NCBI RefSeq assembly: GCF_006345805.1
Contig: NC_042998.1
Location: forward strand, 5,704,001 to 5,768,000
Direction of reading: 5' to 3'
Length of the DNA: 64,000 bases
Source of the DNA: Octopus sinensis
Taxonomy: Eukaryota
Positions 38,639 to 49,995 of the stretch are shown here, in pieces. A program made the position numbers and the translations under genes. Under the pieces are notes generated by a model that was not told the origin of the DNA, did not search any database, and worked only from the letters and a program-made list of their open reading frames with translations. The number at the start of each line of letters is the position of its first letter. Position 1 is the stretch's first letter.

Positions 38639-38790
38639 AAGTAGCTTGCTAACCAACCACATGGTTCCGGGTTCAGTCCCACTGCGTGGCATCTTGGGCA
38701 AGTGTCTTCTGCTATAGCCCCGGGCCGACCAATGCTTTGTGAGTAGATTTAGTAGACGGAAGCTGAAAGAAGCCTGTCGTATATATGTAT

Positions 38791-38853
<63 letters not shown>

Positions 38854-39065
38854 TTGTGTGTCTGTGTTTGTCCCCCCTAGCATTGCTTGACAACCGATGC
38901 TGGTGTGTTTACATCCCGTCACTTAGCGGTTCGGCAAAAGAGACCGATAGAATAAGTACTGGGCTTACAAAGAATAAGTCCCAGGGTTGATTTGCTCGAC
39001 TAAAGGCGGTGCTCCAGCATGCCCGCAGTCAAATGACTGAAGCAAGTAAAAGAGAGTAAAAGAGA
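38639..39065 (+). mobile_element. SINE-A remainder (its 5' part is at 36348-36386)
   Basis: Resumes exactly at the right TSD of the ORF1-only element. Confidence 0.9.
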
Positions 39066-39731
39066 ATGATAAACCATAAAATAAATTTTTATTTCTGGAA
39101 ATGAAACAAAACTAACTTTTTTTATATTTTAAGCTTTGTCCTACTTATTTTAAGTGCAAAGTCTTTGATCAGATCCTTACTCTGAGAGCATAAACATTTC
39201 AAATTATATTTCAAGGATATGAACAAGAATTTTGGTGACAGAATTCAGCCTCGTGTGAGAAAGGTAAATAAGATGTCAGCTCCTAAGCAGTTGAAGCCAC
39301 AAACAATTGATTACAAACCAACAAGTAGAAACTCAAGTATTCTGATATTCTTACCAATTCTACCCACCTGATCATTTTAAACACTCAATATTGAACACAA
39401 TCCTCATCTAAATTCAAGATTGTACTACAAGTGAAATCACACACGCTTATAGACATAGCTTTCTCGCTCTCTCTCACTCTCTCACACACACACACACACA
39501 TACACACACACTCACACACTCACACACTCTCTCTCTCTTTCTCACTCTCACACACTCCCTCTCTCCCTCTCCCTCTCTCTCTCCTAAAACACACACACAC
39601 ATACAAATATACAATATATAGACAAATACACATACACAAACATATTCTCAAATACATACAATGCATACATGTATTATATCGCCCCACCACCGTACATGTC
39701 TCTACGAGAGATTTAGAAATTCAATATTTCT

Positions 39732-39781
<50 letters not shown>

Positions 39782-39790
39782 ATATATATA

Positions 39791-39847
<57 letters not shown>

Positions 39848-39889
39848 TATATATAGATATACATATATATATTTTTTATATACATATAT

Positions 39890-39931
<42 letters not shown>

Positions 39932-40339
39932 CGGACAGACAGACAGACAGAAGAACATATACATCCACAATATGACAAGATGTAAATGTGAGATAGAGAA
40001 CAGTAACCCAAATTGGCAGCAAGAAGAAATGTATCTTCCCCAAAGACATAAAACAATGTTGGCAAAATAAGTAAACAGATAAATAATTAAATAAATTAAA
40101 GAAACACAAAAAATACAGTCTCATAAATCAGGTGTTCAGTTTATGAAAGAAAGAAAAATCTAATTAGGTAGATTCTGAGTGTATTTGTTTGTGTGTGTGT
40201 GTGTGTGTGCGTGTGATTTCATTTCAGTATTAATGTTTCTGCTGCATCCTTTATGTTTTGCAACTTAGTAGTTCAACAAGAGAGATCAATATATCATAGA
40301 TACATGCTTACATATATGTATATATTTATATATGAAATC

Positions 40340-40710
40340 GAAGTCGGAATCAAACTCGATTGTGAAGACCTGTTGAGGCACGTGAAATTGAAATCAAACT
40401 TGGTGACTGGCATCCGTGCTAGTGGAGGGCTAAGAGCACCATATGAGTGAGACCATTGCCAGAGCAACAAACTGGCCTCCATGCCGATGGCACATTAAAC
40501 ACACCATTCAAATGTGATCGTTACCTGCATCTCCTTACTGGCACTTGTGCTGGTGGCACGTGAAAAAAACATTCAAGCAAGGTCATTGCCAGTGCCGCTG
40601 GACTGGCTCCTGTGCAGGTGGCACATAAAAAGCACCATTTCAGCGTGGCCATTGCCAGTACCACGAAACTGGCCCTCGTGCCAGTAGGCTCGAGTCCCAT
40701 TGCCAGCCTT
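40340..40710 (+). repeat. Tandem ~70-bp internal units of retroposon D
   Basis: Four to five diverged ccattgccag...actggc..gtgc.ggtggcac.taaaaagcacc units, homologous to the minus strand of 20390-20540. Confidence 0.65.
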
Positions 40711-41443
40711 TGACCTTTTTCTTTCCAAAGCGAATTTATAACCCAGTATTTACACACTATTAATTATAGCTTTAGCTGCTACAAGTACCACCATTCCAAA
40801 GAGAAATTTAAAAGAATTACGTCATGTTCACTCGAAGTTTATAAATTTTTATGACATCAGCTAGATACATACATATATATATATATACAAACACACACAC
40901 ATATATATATATACATATATACACATACATACATGTGTACACACATACATATATAAATACACACATACATACATACATAGATGCATACATACATACATAC
41001 ATATTCAAATTATTTCCCAGATGAAGTAGATTCTCTTTTGTCCACCTCATTGCTTTCAGACTATTTACTTCTTAATATCAGGTAATATCTTTATTAAAAA
41101 GTGGGGAAGCGAGGAACGGAGGAAAATAAATCCTGATATCTATCAAACCGTTTTTATATTCCATCAGCTTTGGTACCTCTTTGAATTTAATGTATTGCGC
41201 TTTAGCAGTGATAATTCTTACAAAATTTCTCTCAACAGTAATAAGTTATCTATATTTTTTATTTTAAATGATGGTATTAAAACATGTATATACATGTGCG
41301 TATACATACAACATTGATAATAATAATTACATACATACCGATAAATATGTATGTATGTATGTGTGTGTATATATATATATATATATGTATGTATATATGC
41401 AAATATATATATATATGTATGTATATATATATGTGTGTATAAA

Positions 41444-41475
<32 letters not shown>

Positions 41476-42131
41476 CACCTGGGTATAGATATAGATATAT
41501 TCCTGATATATTTTAATGCATTTCATATAAGAACAGTATTTATGGATAAACATACATTTATATACATATACATAGCCTGATATATTTTTAATGCATTTTA
41601 TATACCATTATCATCATCATCATCATCATCATCATTGTTAACATTGTCATTATCCTCATCTTCATTGGCGCCACAGTCACTGTTGTTGTTGTTGGTGGTA
41701 AAGATGATGCTGCTGCTGCTGCTATTATGGTTGAGAGGGATAATGTAGTTAATACAGTTTTTCTTCTTCTTCTCTTCATGTCAGGTGATAATGTTATTAT
41801 CGTCGATGGTTGTGCTTAATTTTATCTCAGTTTACACAAACTGATAAACATTCCAAAAGTGTCATTGTTGCTATTGTCGCTTGTTTTGATTCCATATTTC
41901 TTTGTTACATTTTTATCCTTTTTTTTTTTTTTTTTGGTTTCCGCAATATTTAATATTATTATCAGAAATAAGATAAAGCTGTAATTTTCTCGGACCTACC
42001 TATTAAGTCTATTCTTCCTTTTCGTTTTTTTTCTTTTCTATATTTTTTTTTTTTTGGTAAAGCCCCAAAGAAAAACAAGCAAAGCCCCCAAAGAAAAAGT
42101 GAAACTAGTTATGACAGAAATCTGTTGAAAT

Positions 42132-42551
42132 ATACCTATTTCTTTACTACCCACAAGGGCTAAACGTAGAGGGGACAAACAAGGACAGACAAACGGATTA
42201 AGTCAATTATATCGACCCCAGTGCATAACTGGTACTTTTTTAATCGACCCCGAAAGGATGAAAGGCAAAGTCGATCTTGGCAGAATTTGAACTCAGAACG
42301 TAGCGGCGACGAAATACCTATTTCTTTACTACCCACGAGGGGCTAAACACAGAGAGGACAAACAAGGACAGACATAGGTATTAAATCAATTATATCGACC
42401 CTAGTGCGTAACTGGTACTTATTTAATCAACCCCGAAAGGATGAAAGGCAAAGTCGACCTCGGCGGAATTTGAACTCAGAACGTAGCCGCAGACGAAATA
42501 CCACAAAGCATTTTGCGCAGCATGCTAACGATTCTGCCAGCTCACTGCCTT
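42132..42551 (-). mobile_element. SINE-B dimer with a 13-bp TSD
   Basis: gttgaaatatacc at 42124-42136 and 42556-42568. Confidence 0.9.
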
Positions 42552-43104
42552 ATCCGTTGAAATATACCATTGATGGAACTATGATGGAGCAGGCATGTGT
42601 ATAGTCACAAGTATGGCCTTGTGGTTCTGAAGTTTGATTAGTAACCATGGAGTTTGGAGTTTATCCTACAACATTACATCTTGAACATGTGTCTTGTATG
42701 TACTTAAGATAGTTGAAATTATCAGAAATAAGATAGAGCTGAAATGTTCTTGGATCACTCTATTAAATTTACTCTTCCTTTTTTTTTATTTTTGGTAGAA
42801 CCCCGAAGAAAAACAAGCAAAACCCCCAATGAAAGAATGAACCAATAATTCTGTGGAACAAGTTTTTTTCTTTTTTTTGTCTTTGGTCAGAGTAAGTGTT
42901 ATTTCCTATTTGCTTCTATCTAGAAATCAAAGGAAATGACTAATATTCCCTTTAAACTTTGCTAACGTTTCAGATAGATTCGGGACTGAGGTGCTGAAGC
43001 AGAAATATCATTGTAGCAAATATTCTACTCAATACAGCAGATTTGCTTGTCAGTTGCTTGACCTTAACCAAGAGCATATTAGTGGCTGATATGCTCTTTA
43101 ATTT

Positions 43105-43248
43105 CTTTCACTCTTTTACTTGTTTCAGTAATTTGACTGTGGCCATGCCGGGGCACCGCCTTTAGTCGAGCAAATCAACCCCAGGACTTATTCTTTGTAA
43201 GCCTAGTACTTATTCTATCGGTCTCTTTTGCTGAAGTGCTAAGTTACC
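43105..43248 (-). mobile_element. SINE-A tail fragment
   Basis: Reverse tail. Confidence 0.8.
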
Positions 43249-43375
43249 TCCCACCTTTTGGGGTTAGAAAGCTCTCAGAAAGAGAAGATAAGAAAGGAAT
43301 ACTATAGATGAATTAGATTCATCATCATCATCATCATCGTTTAACGTCCGTTTTCCATGCTAGCATGGGTTAGAT

Positions 43376-43968
43376 TAATACTGGACATAGAGCTTAATGC
43401 AAAAAACAAGATAATAGGTTTTTAATATTCTAATTGTCCCAGTTATAAGTAACAGCTACAATATTTTTAACTGGACTCTAAATGAACTAATCAAAATAGA
43501 CAGGAAAACAAGAAAAATAATGACAGCATTTAGGAAGCATCACCCAAAATCTGACAAAGAACAACAACAGAAAAAAGATGGTATAGGCACACTCCAAAAA
43601 AGGTCACAAAAATGAGAAAGCAACTATTCTCTGGGAGATGCCAATGCACACAGATACAGAAATTAAGGCCAATAGGCCAGATATAATTGTCAGAGATCAC
43701 CAAGAAAAAAATGCTTTCTAATCAGTGTATCAAAACCAACAGATAACAAAGAAGTTTTCAAAATACCAAGATCTGGAAACAGAGGTAACTCGAATGTGGA
43801 CCCTAAAAACAGAAATAATAATTATTACAGTAGGCACATTAGGTATGATAAAAAATATTCAAACAAATACATAACAAAATCACCAGGACTAGCAAGTATA
43901 TATAACATACGGAAAATAGCACTACTAGGCACTGCACGGATACTGCATAAAACACTTTCAATACAGTA
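43376..43968 (+). mobile_element. Degraded, internally deleted Dong subfamily 1 copy
   Basis: Post-RT segment (HHPKSD) is fused to the TTEKRWYRH...RPDI...ALLGTA region. Nucleotide similarity to 6880-7310. Ends at (TAA)n. Confidence 0.8.
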
Positions 43969-43970
43969 AA

Positions 43971-44013
<43 letters not shown>

Positions 44014-44014
<1 letters not shown>

Positions 44015-46652
44015 GGAGAAAGTAACCGTTAAAGACCCCCCTCCCATGGAAGAAGTTCAAAACTTTTGGAAAATGATTTGGAGTGACAAGAAGACGTACA
44101 ACATAAATGCAGACTGGATTATACAAACTGAAGGATCCTACCAAAATTTACAACAACAAGCATGGGAAGACATCACAATAGCAGACCTAAGAAAGGCACT
44201 CACGAAGGCCCATAATTGGAAATCCCCCGGTAAAGATAGGGTGCCGAATTTCTGGCTCGCATCGCTCCATGCGCACATGGTAAGCTAGTTCAGCTGCTCA
44301 ATGGAATTATGAGAGACCCAAAGAAAACACCTGAATGGTTAGCAAGTGGCATTACTTACCTACTCCCAAAGAATAACGAAACCAACCTTCCAAAAAACTA
44401 TCGGCCTATAACCTGTCTATCCACCACGTATAAAATCCTAACATCTATCCTGGCGGAGAAAACATATGCATTCATGGAGAAGAACGATATTTTCCCCATT
44501 GAACAAAAAGGGTGCCACCGAGGCTCTTACGGATGCAAAGATCAACTGCTAATCAATTGTATGATCCTTGAGAACTGTCAGAACAAGCGCAGAAATCTCA
44601 GCACCGCATGGATTGACTACAAAAAGGCCTTTGACAGTATACCGCATCCATGGATCTTGAGATCACTGGACATCTTCAAAATTTTCCCTGTGATTTCAAA
44701 CTTCCTGAAGCACAATATGTCATTGTGGAATACGAATCTCCAATTATACCACTCTAATGGAGTACTTGCCTCAGAAAATATAAACATCAACTGTGGAATT
44801 TTTCAAGGTGACTCACTTTCACCTTTAATATTCTGCATAGCCCTAATACCCCTTACAAGTGAATTAACAGAACAGGTTATGGGTATAAAATTGCCAATAA
44901 AAAAATAAGCCATCTATTTTATATGGATGACTTAAAACTTTATGGTAAAGACAATAATGAACTTGAAGGCCTATTGCGCACCGTGAAAGCATTCAGCGAT
45001 GACATCGGGATGGAGTTTGGACTTGAGAAGTGTGCCAAGGCCACTTTCCAGAAAGGGAAAGTGAAGACCACAAATTCAGTCGTGTTAGATGTTGACACAG
45101 TCATAAGAGAGCTTGAGCAAGAACAAACATACAAATATTTAGGGATAAATAAAGGCTCTGGTATTCAGCATGCAAGCATGAAAGAGAAAATCAGGAAGGA
45201 ATGTTATAGGAGAGTTCGTGCAGTCCTGAAATCTGAACTAAATGCACGTAACAAGGTGTTAGCTATAAATTCCTTAGCAGTTCCAGTTGTTACTTATCGC
45301 TACAATGTGTTGAACTGGAATATGAGTGAAGTAAAGAATATAGATAGAAAAATACGCAAGCTGCTGAGTTGTAATAGGATGCACCACCCAAAGGCAGACG
45401 TAGATCACCTTTACCTTCCCAGAGCCCAAGGAGGTCGAGGCCTGATCCAATTTGAACTAGCTTACAAAACAACCACAATTGGACTGGCCAAATATCTCAA
45501 AATATCGAATGACTGGATGCTAAAGCTCGTGGAAAATCACGAGAGACGAAAGAAGCTTCATTCTATCATAAAGGAAAGCAAAAAATTTGCTATTGATCTC
45601 GTGCAGGATACCCAAACTGAACAACCCGAAGGAAGTACGGCAACTATTGTTGCAAAGAAGGTGAAAATGATGGCAATGAAGAAAGCGCACGAGCAATTGG
45701 CTGATAGGTGGGAGGAGAAACCTCTGCACGGCAAATATGTGACCCGCAGCAAACAAGCTGATGTTGACCAGAAGCAAACCCATCAGTGGCTACGGAGCTC
45801 AGGGCTAAAAGCAGAGAGCGAAGGTTTCATCCTGGCTGCTCAAGATCAAAGCCTATTAACCCAGAACTACCAGGCCAATGTGATGAAAAATGGAGCAGAC
45901 CCAAAATGCCGATTCTGCAACGACATGATTGAAACAGTGGACCACCTAATCTCTGGATGTAAAGTCTTAGCACCAGTGGAGTATAAATTAAGACATGACA
46001 GAGTTGGCCAATATCTCCACTGGCTAATAAGTCGGCATTACAATATCAAAACTGCCGACAAGTGGTATAATCACCACCCTGAGGCTGTAACTGAAGGGGA
46101 AAATGTAACCATTCTGTGGGACTTTCCAGTACATACAGACCGAACCATCAAGGCCAATAAACCAGATTTGTTGTGAAAGACCAAAACAATAAAGTTTGCT
46201 TTTGATCGACATGAGCATCCCCTGTGATCATAATATCTCAGCGAAAGAGTTTGACAAGCTCAGAAAATATAAAGACCTACTCATTGAAATTGAGAAAATG
46301 TGGCATCTCAAGGCGGTTACAATACCAGTGATCGTAGAAGCACTAGGAATGATCAAGAAGGGAACCGAAAATTATATGAGAATGATCCCTGGCTTACCAT
46401 CCCTGCAAGAAGTGCAAAAGATTGTCTTAACTGGTACATCACACGTATTGAGAAGAGCATTGTCGATGTGAGAACTGTTGCTGCTCATGTATTTTAATTT
46501 AACTTGAAAAAAAAAAAAAAAAGAAAAAAAAAAGAACGAACTATTGAGTTTGGTTTAACGGCCTACCAATGTATACTATGAGTTTCTTTGCCCTAGGAGT
46601 CGGGAAGACACTCGGCAAGAAATGGCAGCAAATTTGAAAGAAGAAAAAAAAA

Positions 46653-46653
<1 letters not shown>
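44014..46653 (+). mobile_element. R4/Dong-clade retrotransposon, subfamily 2; 5'-truncated, frameshifted RT plus RLE
   Basis: Four ORF pieces in shifting frames: QKG..GSYGCKDQL, WIDYKKAFDSIPH, GIFQGDSLSPL, YMDDLKLY, CRFCNDMIETVDHLISGC, KPDL..IDMSIP. Flanked by (TAA)n. Confidence 0.93.
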
Positions 46654-46688
<35 letters not shown>

Positions 46689-46719
46689 TAATAATAAAAT
46701 ATAACATCGAAAAATACCT

Positions 46720-46853
46720 TAGGAATGAGAACCCAGGTTTGAAATTTTCCCAAGACACCTGAAGAAGGCTGGAGGGTATATCAGCTGAAACATTGTGTTA
46801 ACAACAAACAAGATGAGGACAAATATCCATCGAATGTAAATAATGTAAATAAT
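46720..46853 (+). mobile_element. Penelope-like element terminal (pLTR-type) fragment
   Basis: cctgaagaaggctg...cagctgaaacattgtg motif typical of PLE ends, followed by AT-rich aatgtaaataatgtaaataat. Confidence 0.55.
46754..46799 (+). ncRNA. Minimal type I hammerhead ribozyme fold, probably decayed
   Basis: GACAC-CTGAAGA-(A)-GGCTG/CAGCT stem II-GAAA-CATT-GTGTT. Stem I is GACAC/GTGTT. Confidence 0.6.
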
Positions 46854-46967
46854 GACATGTTGATTAATGTTCATTTTGGTTCTCCATTTCCAGGGTGATC
46901 TCAGGCACAAAAAATACAACCATTCTCAACAGAAGTTTGCATTGAATTACATTAGTCAGTTAAACGA

Positions 46968-47000
<33 letters not shown>

Positions 47001-47021
47001 TAATAATAATAATATAATAAT

Positions 47022-47172
47022 AAAATTTAATTTAACTTAAAAAAAAAAAAATGAACGAACTACTGAGTTTGGTTTAATGGCCTACCAATGTATACTATGA
47101 GTTTCTTTGCCCTAGGAGTTGGGAAGACACTCGGCAAGAAATGGAATCAAATTTGAAAGAAGAAAAAAAAGT
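47022..47172 (+). mobile_element. 3' UTR-only copy of Dong subfamily 2
   Basis: Near-identical to 46495-46653. Preceded and followed by TAA repeats. Confidence 0.85.
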
Positions 47173-47199
47173 AATAACAATATAATAATAATAATAATA

Positions 47200-47388
47200 A
47201 TGGACATCTTCCTGTCAAGAGTCCCAGATGAACCTACCTCATGGCAAGAGGTGCAAATGAGAGTAGCTATGGCAAACTCCATTCTTCACCAAGTGCCACA
47301 TAATAGACGAGGTTCTTCACAATAACAGTGTAGCACAAAATGGTGGTGCATCGGCATGGCCGCAGTCTGAGCTGAAACTAGAGAAAAA
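47200..47388 (+). mobile_element. CR1-like LINE 3' end (ORF2 C-terminus plus tail)
   Basis: DIFLSRVPDEPT...ANSILHQ resembles the CR1-type LDxFLxxVPDEP...SNS terminus. The tail resembles the SINE-A 3' end. Confidence 0.6.
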
Positions 47389-48517
47389 AAATAATAATAA
47401 TAATAATAATAAGCCTTTCTACTATAGGCACAAGGCTTGAAATTTGGCAGGAGGGGGCTAGTCAATTATATTGATCCCAGTACTCAGCTGGTACTTATTT
47501 CATTGGCCTCAAAAAAAAATCTCCAAGTCAACCTCAGCAGAATTTGAACCCAAAATGTAGACAGACAAGATGTCGCTAAGCGTTTTTGCCTGGTATGCTA
47601 ACAATTCTGCCAGTTCACCACCTTATCAAAAACAATAATAATGAGGATGATGAGGCAAGGAACCATTCATTAGAGTATGTGAATGGTACTTTACTTGCAA
47701 AGTTGATCATTAACAGAGAAGAGAATGAAAAGACAAACGATAATGATAGAAATAACGAAGATAATTATGAGAACAATGCTAATAACAGCAATGGTGATAA
47801 TGACAACGATGATGATGGTGGGGACTTGATGGGGGTGGTGGGGGATGCTGATTATGATGACAGTGACGCTGACAATGATGATAAAGCTGGTGAGAATGGT
47901 GGTGGTGGTGATGACGATGATGGTGGTGGTGGTGTTGGCGGCAGCGGCAGTGGTGGCAGCAACGATGATGGTGATGACAACAATGACGACGACGAGGAAG
48001 AGGGTGGGGAGGGGGAGGGGGAGGGGGAGGAGGAGGGGGAGGAGGAAGAGGAGGAGGACGAGGAGGACGAGGACGAGGAGGACGGGGACGAGGAGGACGA
48101 GGACAAGGAGGACGGGGACGAGGAAGACGAGGACAAGGAGGAGGTGGAGGACGAGGACGAGGACGTGAAGGAGGAGGATGAGGAGGACGAGGACAAGGAG
48201 GAGGACGAGGAGGACGAGGAGGACGAGGAGGACGAGGAGAGGAGGAGGAGGAGGAATGTTATCAGCCACTACTCCTCTATACAGAAAGGATTGTGGAAAT
48301 ACCGCCACTCACATATTTATTCTCCTATATTTCTCTCTTCTACACCCAATGCCAAAAAAAATTGCCTCCTAAAAACTTAAAGTCTCTAAATGTTAGAAAG
48401 AAATTGAAAAAACACTGATTAAATTATAGAAGAGAAATATCAAACATGGAATTAAAATTGGTATAGTTTCTTAATAATAAAATAATAAAGGATTTCTTAA
48501 TAATTAATTAATTAATT

Positions 48518-48687
48518 AGGAGTGGCTGTGTGGTAAGTAGCTTGCTTACCAACCACATGGTTCCAGGTTCAGTCCCACTGCGTGGCACTTTGGGCAAGTG
48601 TCTTCTACTATAGCCTTGGGCTGACCAAAGCCTTGTGAGTGGATTTGGTAGACGGAAACTGAAAGAAGCCCGTCATATATATGTGTG

Positions 48688-48743
<56 letters not shown>

Positions 48744-49005
48744 TATATATATATATGTGTGTATGTATATATATATGTATGTGTGTTTATATGTTTGTGT
48801 GTCTGTGTTTGTCCCTGCAACATAGCTTGACAACTGATGCTGATGTGTTTACATCCCCGTAACTTAGCGGTTCGGCAAATGAGACCGATAGAATAAGTAC
48901 CAGGCTTACAAAGAATAAGTCCTGGGGTCGATTTGCTCGACTAAAGGCGGTGCTCCAGCATGGCCACCGTCAAATGACTGAAACAAGTAAAAGAGTAGAA
49001 GAGTA
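48518..49005 (+). mobile_element. SINE-A
   Basis: Full copy with a long (TA)n. Confidence 0.9.
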
Positions 49006-49308
49006 ATGAAAGTAAATGGTTAATAATATTGCAGAAACATTTGTGACATTCATTTCCTAGTTCTACTTAAGTCTTCATTTATTACTGATACGACAGGCAG
49101 CTGGAATCTATGGTAGTCTCAATATTGGCTTCAAATTTTGGCACAAGGCCAGCAATTTGGGGGAAGGATTAAGTCGATTACATCGACCTCAGTGCTCAGC
49201 TAGTATTTAATTTATTGACCCTGAAAGGATGAAAGGTAAAGTTGACCTCAGCAGAATTTGAACTTAGATTGTAAGGACGAATGAAACACCACCAAGCATT
49301 TTGTCCAG

Positions 49309-49674
49309 TGTTTCAGTCATTTGATTGTGGCCATGCTGGAGCACCACCTTTAGTCGAGCGAATCGACCCCAGGACTTATTCTTTGTAAGCCTAGTACTTA
49401 TTCTATCGGTCTCTTTTGCCGAACAGCTCAGTTACGGGGATGTAAACACACCAGCATTGGTTGTCAAGCAATGTTGGGGCAACAAACACAGACACACACA
49501 CATATATATATATATATACGACGGGCTTCTTTCAGTTTCTGTCTACCAAATCCACTCACAAGGCTTTGGTTGACCTGAAGCTATAGTAGAAGACACTTGC
49601 CCAAAGTGCCATGCAGTGGGACTGAACCCGGAACCATGTGGCTGGTAAGCTAGCTACTCACCACACAGCCACTT
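49309..49674 (-). mobile_element. SINE-A
   Basis: Reverse copy abutting a partial SINE-B. Confidence 0.85.
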
Positions 49675-49767
49675 CTCTGCCTTTTGTTAACTATGCTGCC
49701 AGTTCACCTCCTTTGGTAACGATAATATTAATACAAATGGTAATATTGGTTTCGTGAGAGGGGGTAA

Positions 49768-49995
49768 GTCGAGCTGGCAGAAACGTTAGCACGCCGGGCG
49801 AAATGCGTAGCCGTGTTTCGTCTGCCGTTACGTTCTGAGTTCAAATTCCGCCGAGGTCGACTTTGCCTTTCATCCTTTTGGGGTCGATTAAATAAGTACC
49901 AGTTACATACTGGGGTCAATGCAATCGACTTAAACCCGTTTGTCTGTCCTTGTTTGTCCCCTCTGTGTTTAGCCCCTTGTGGGTAGTAAAGAAAT
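49768..49995 (+). mobile_element. SINE-B
   Basis: Full head-to-tail copy. Confidence 0.85.
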
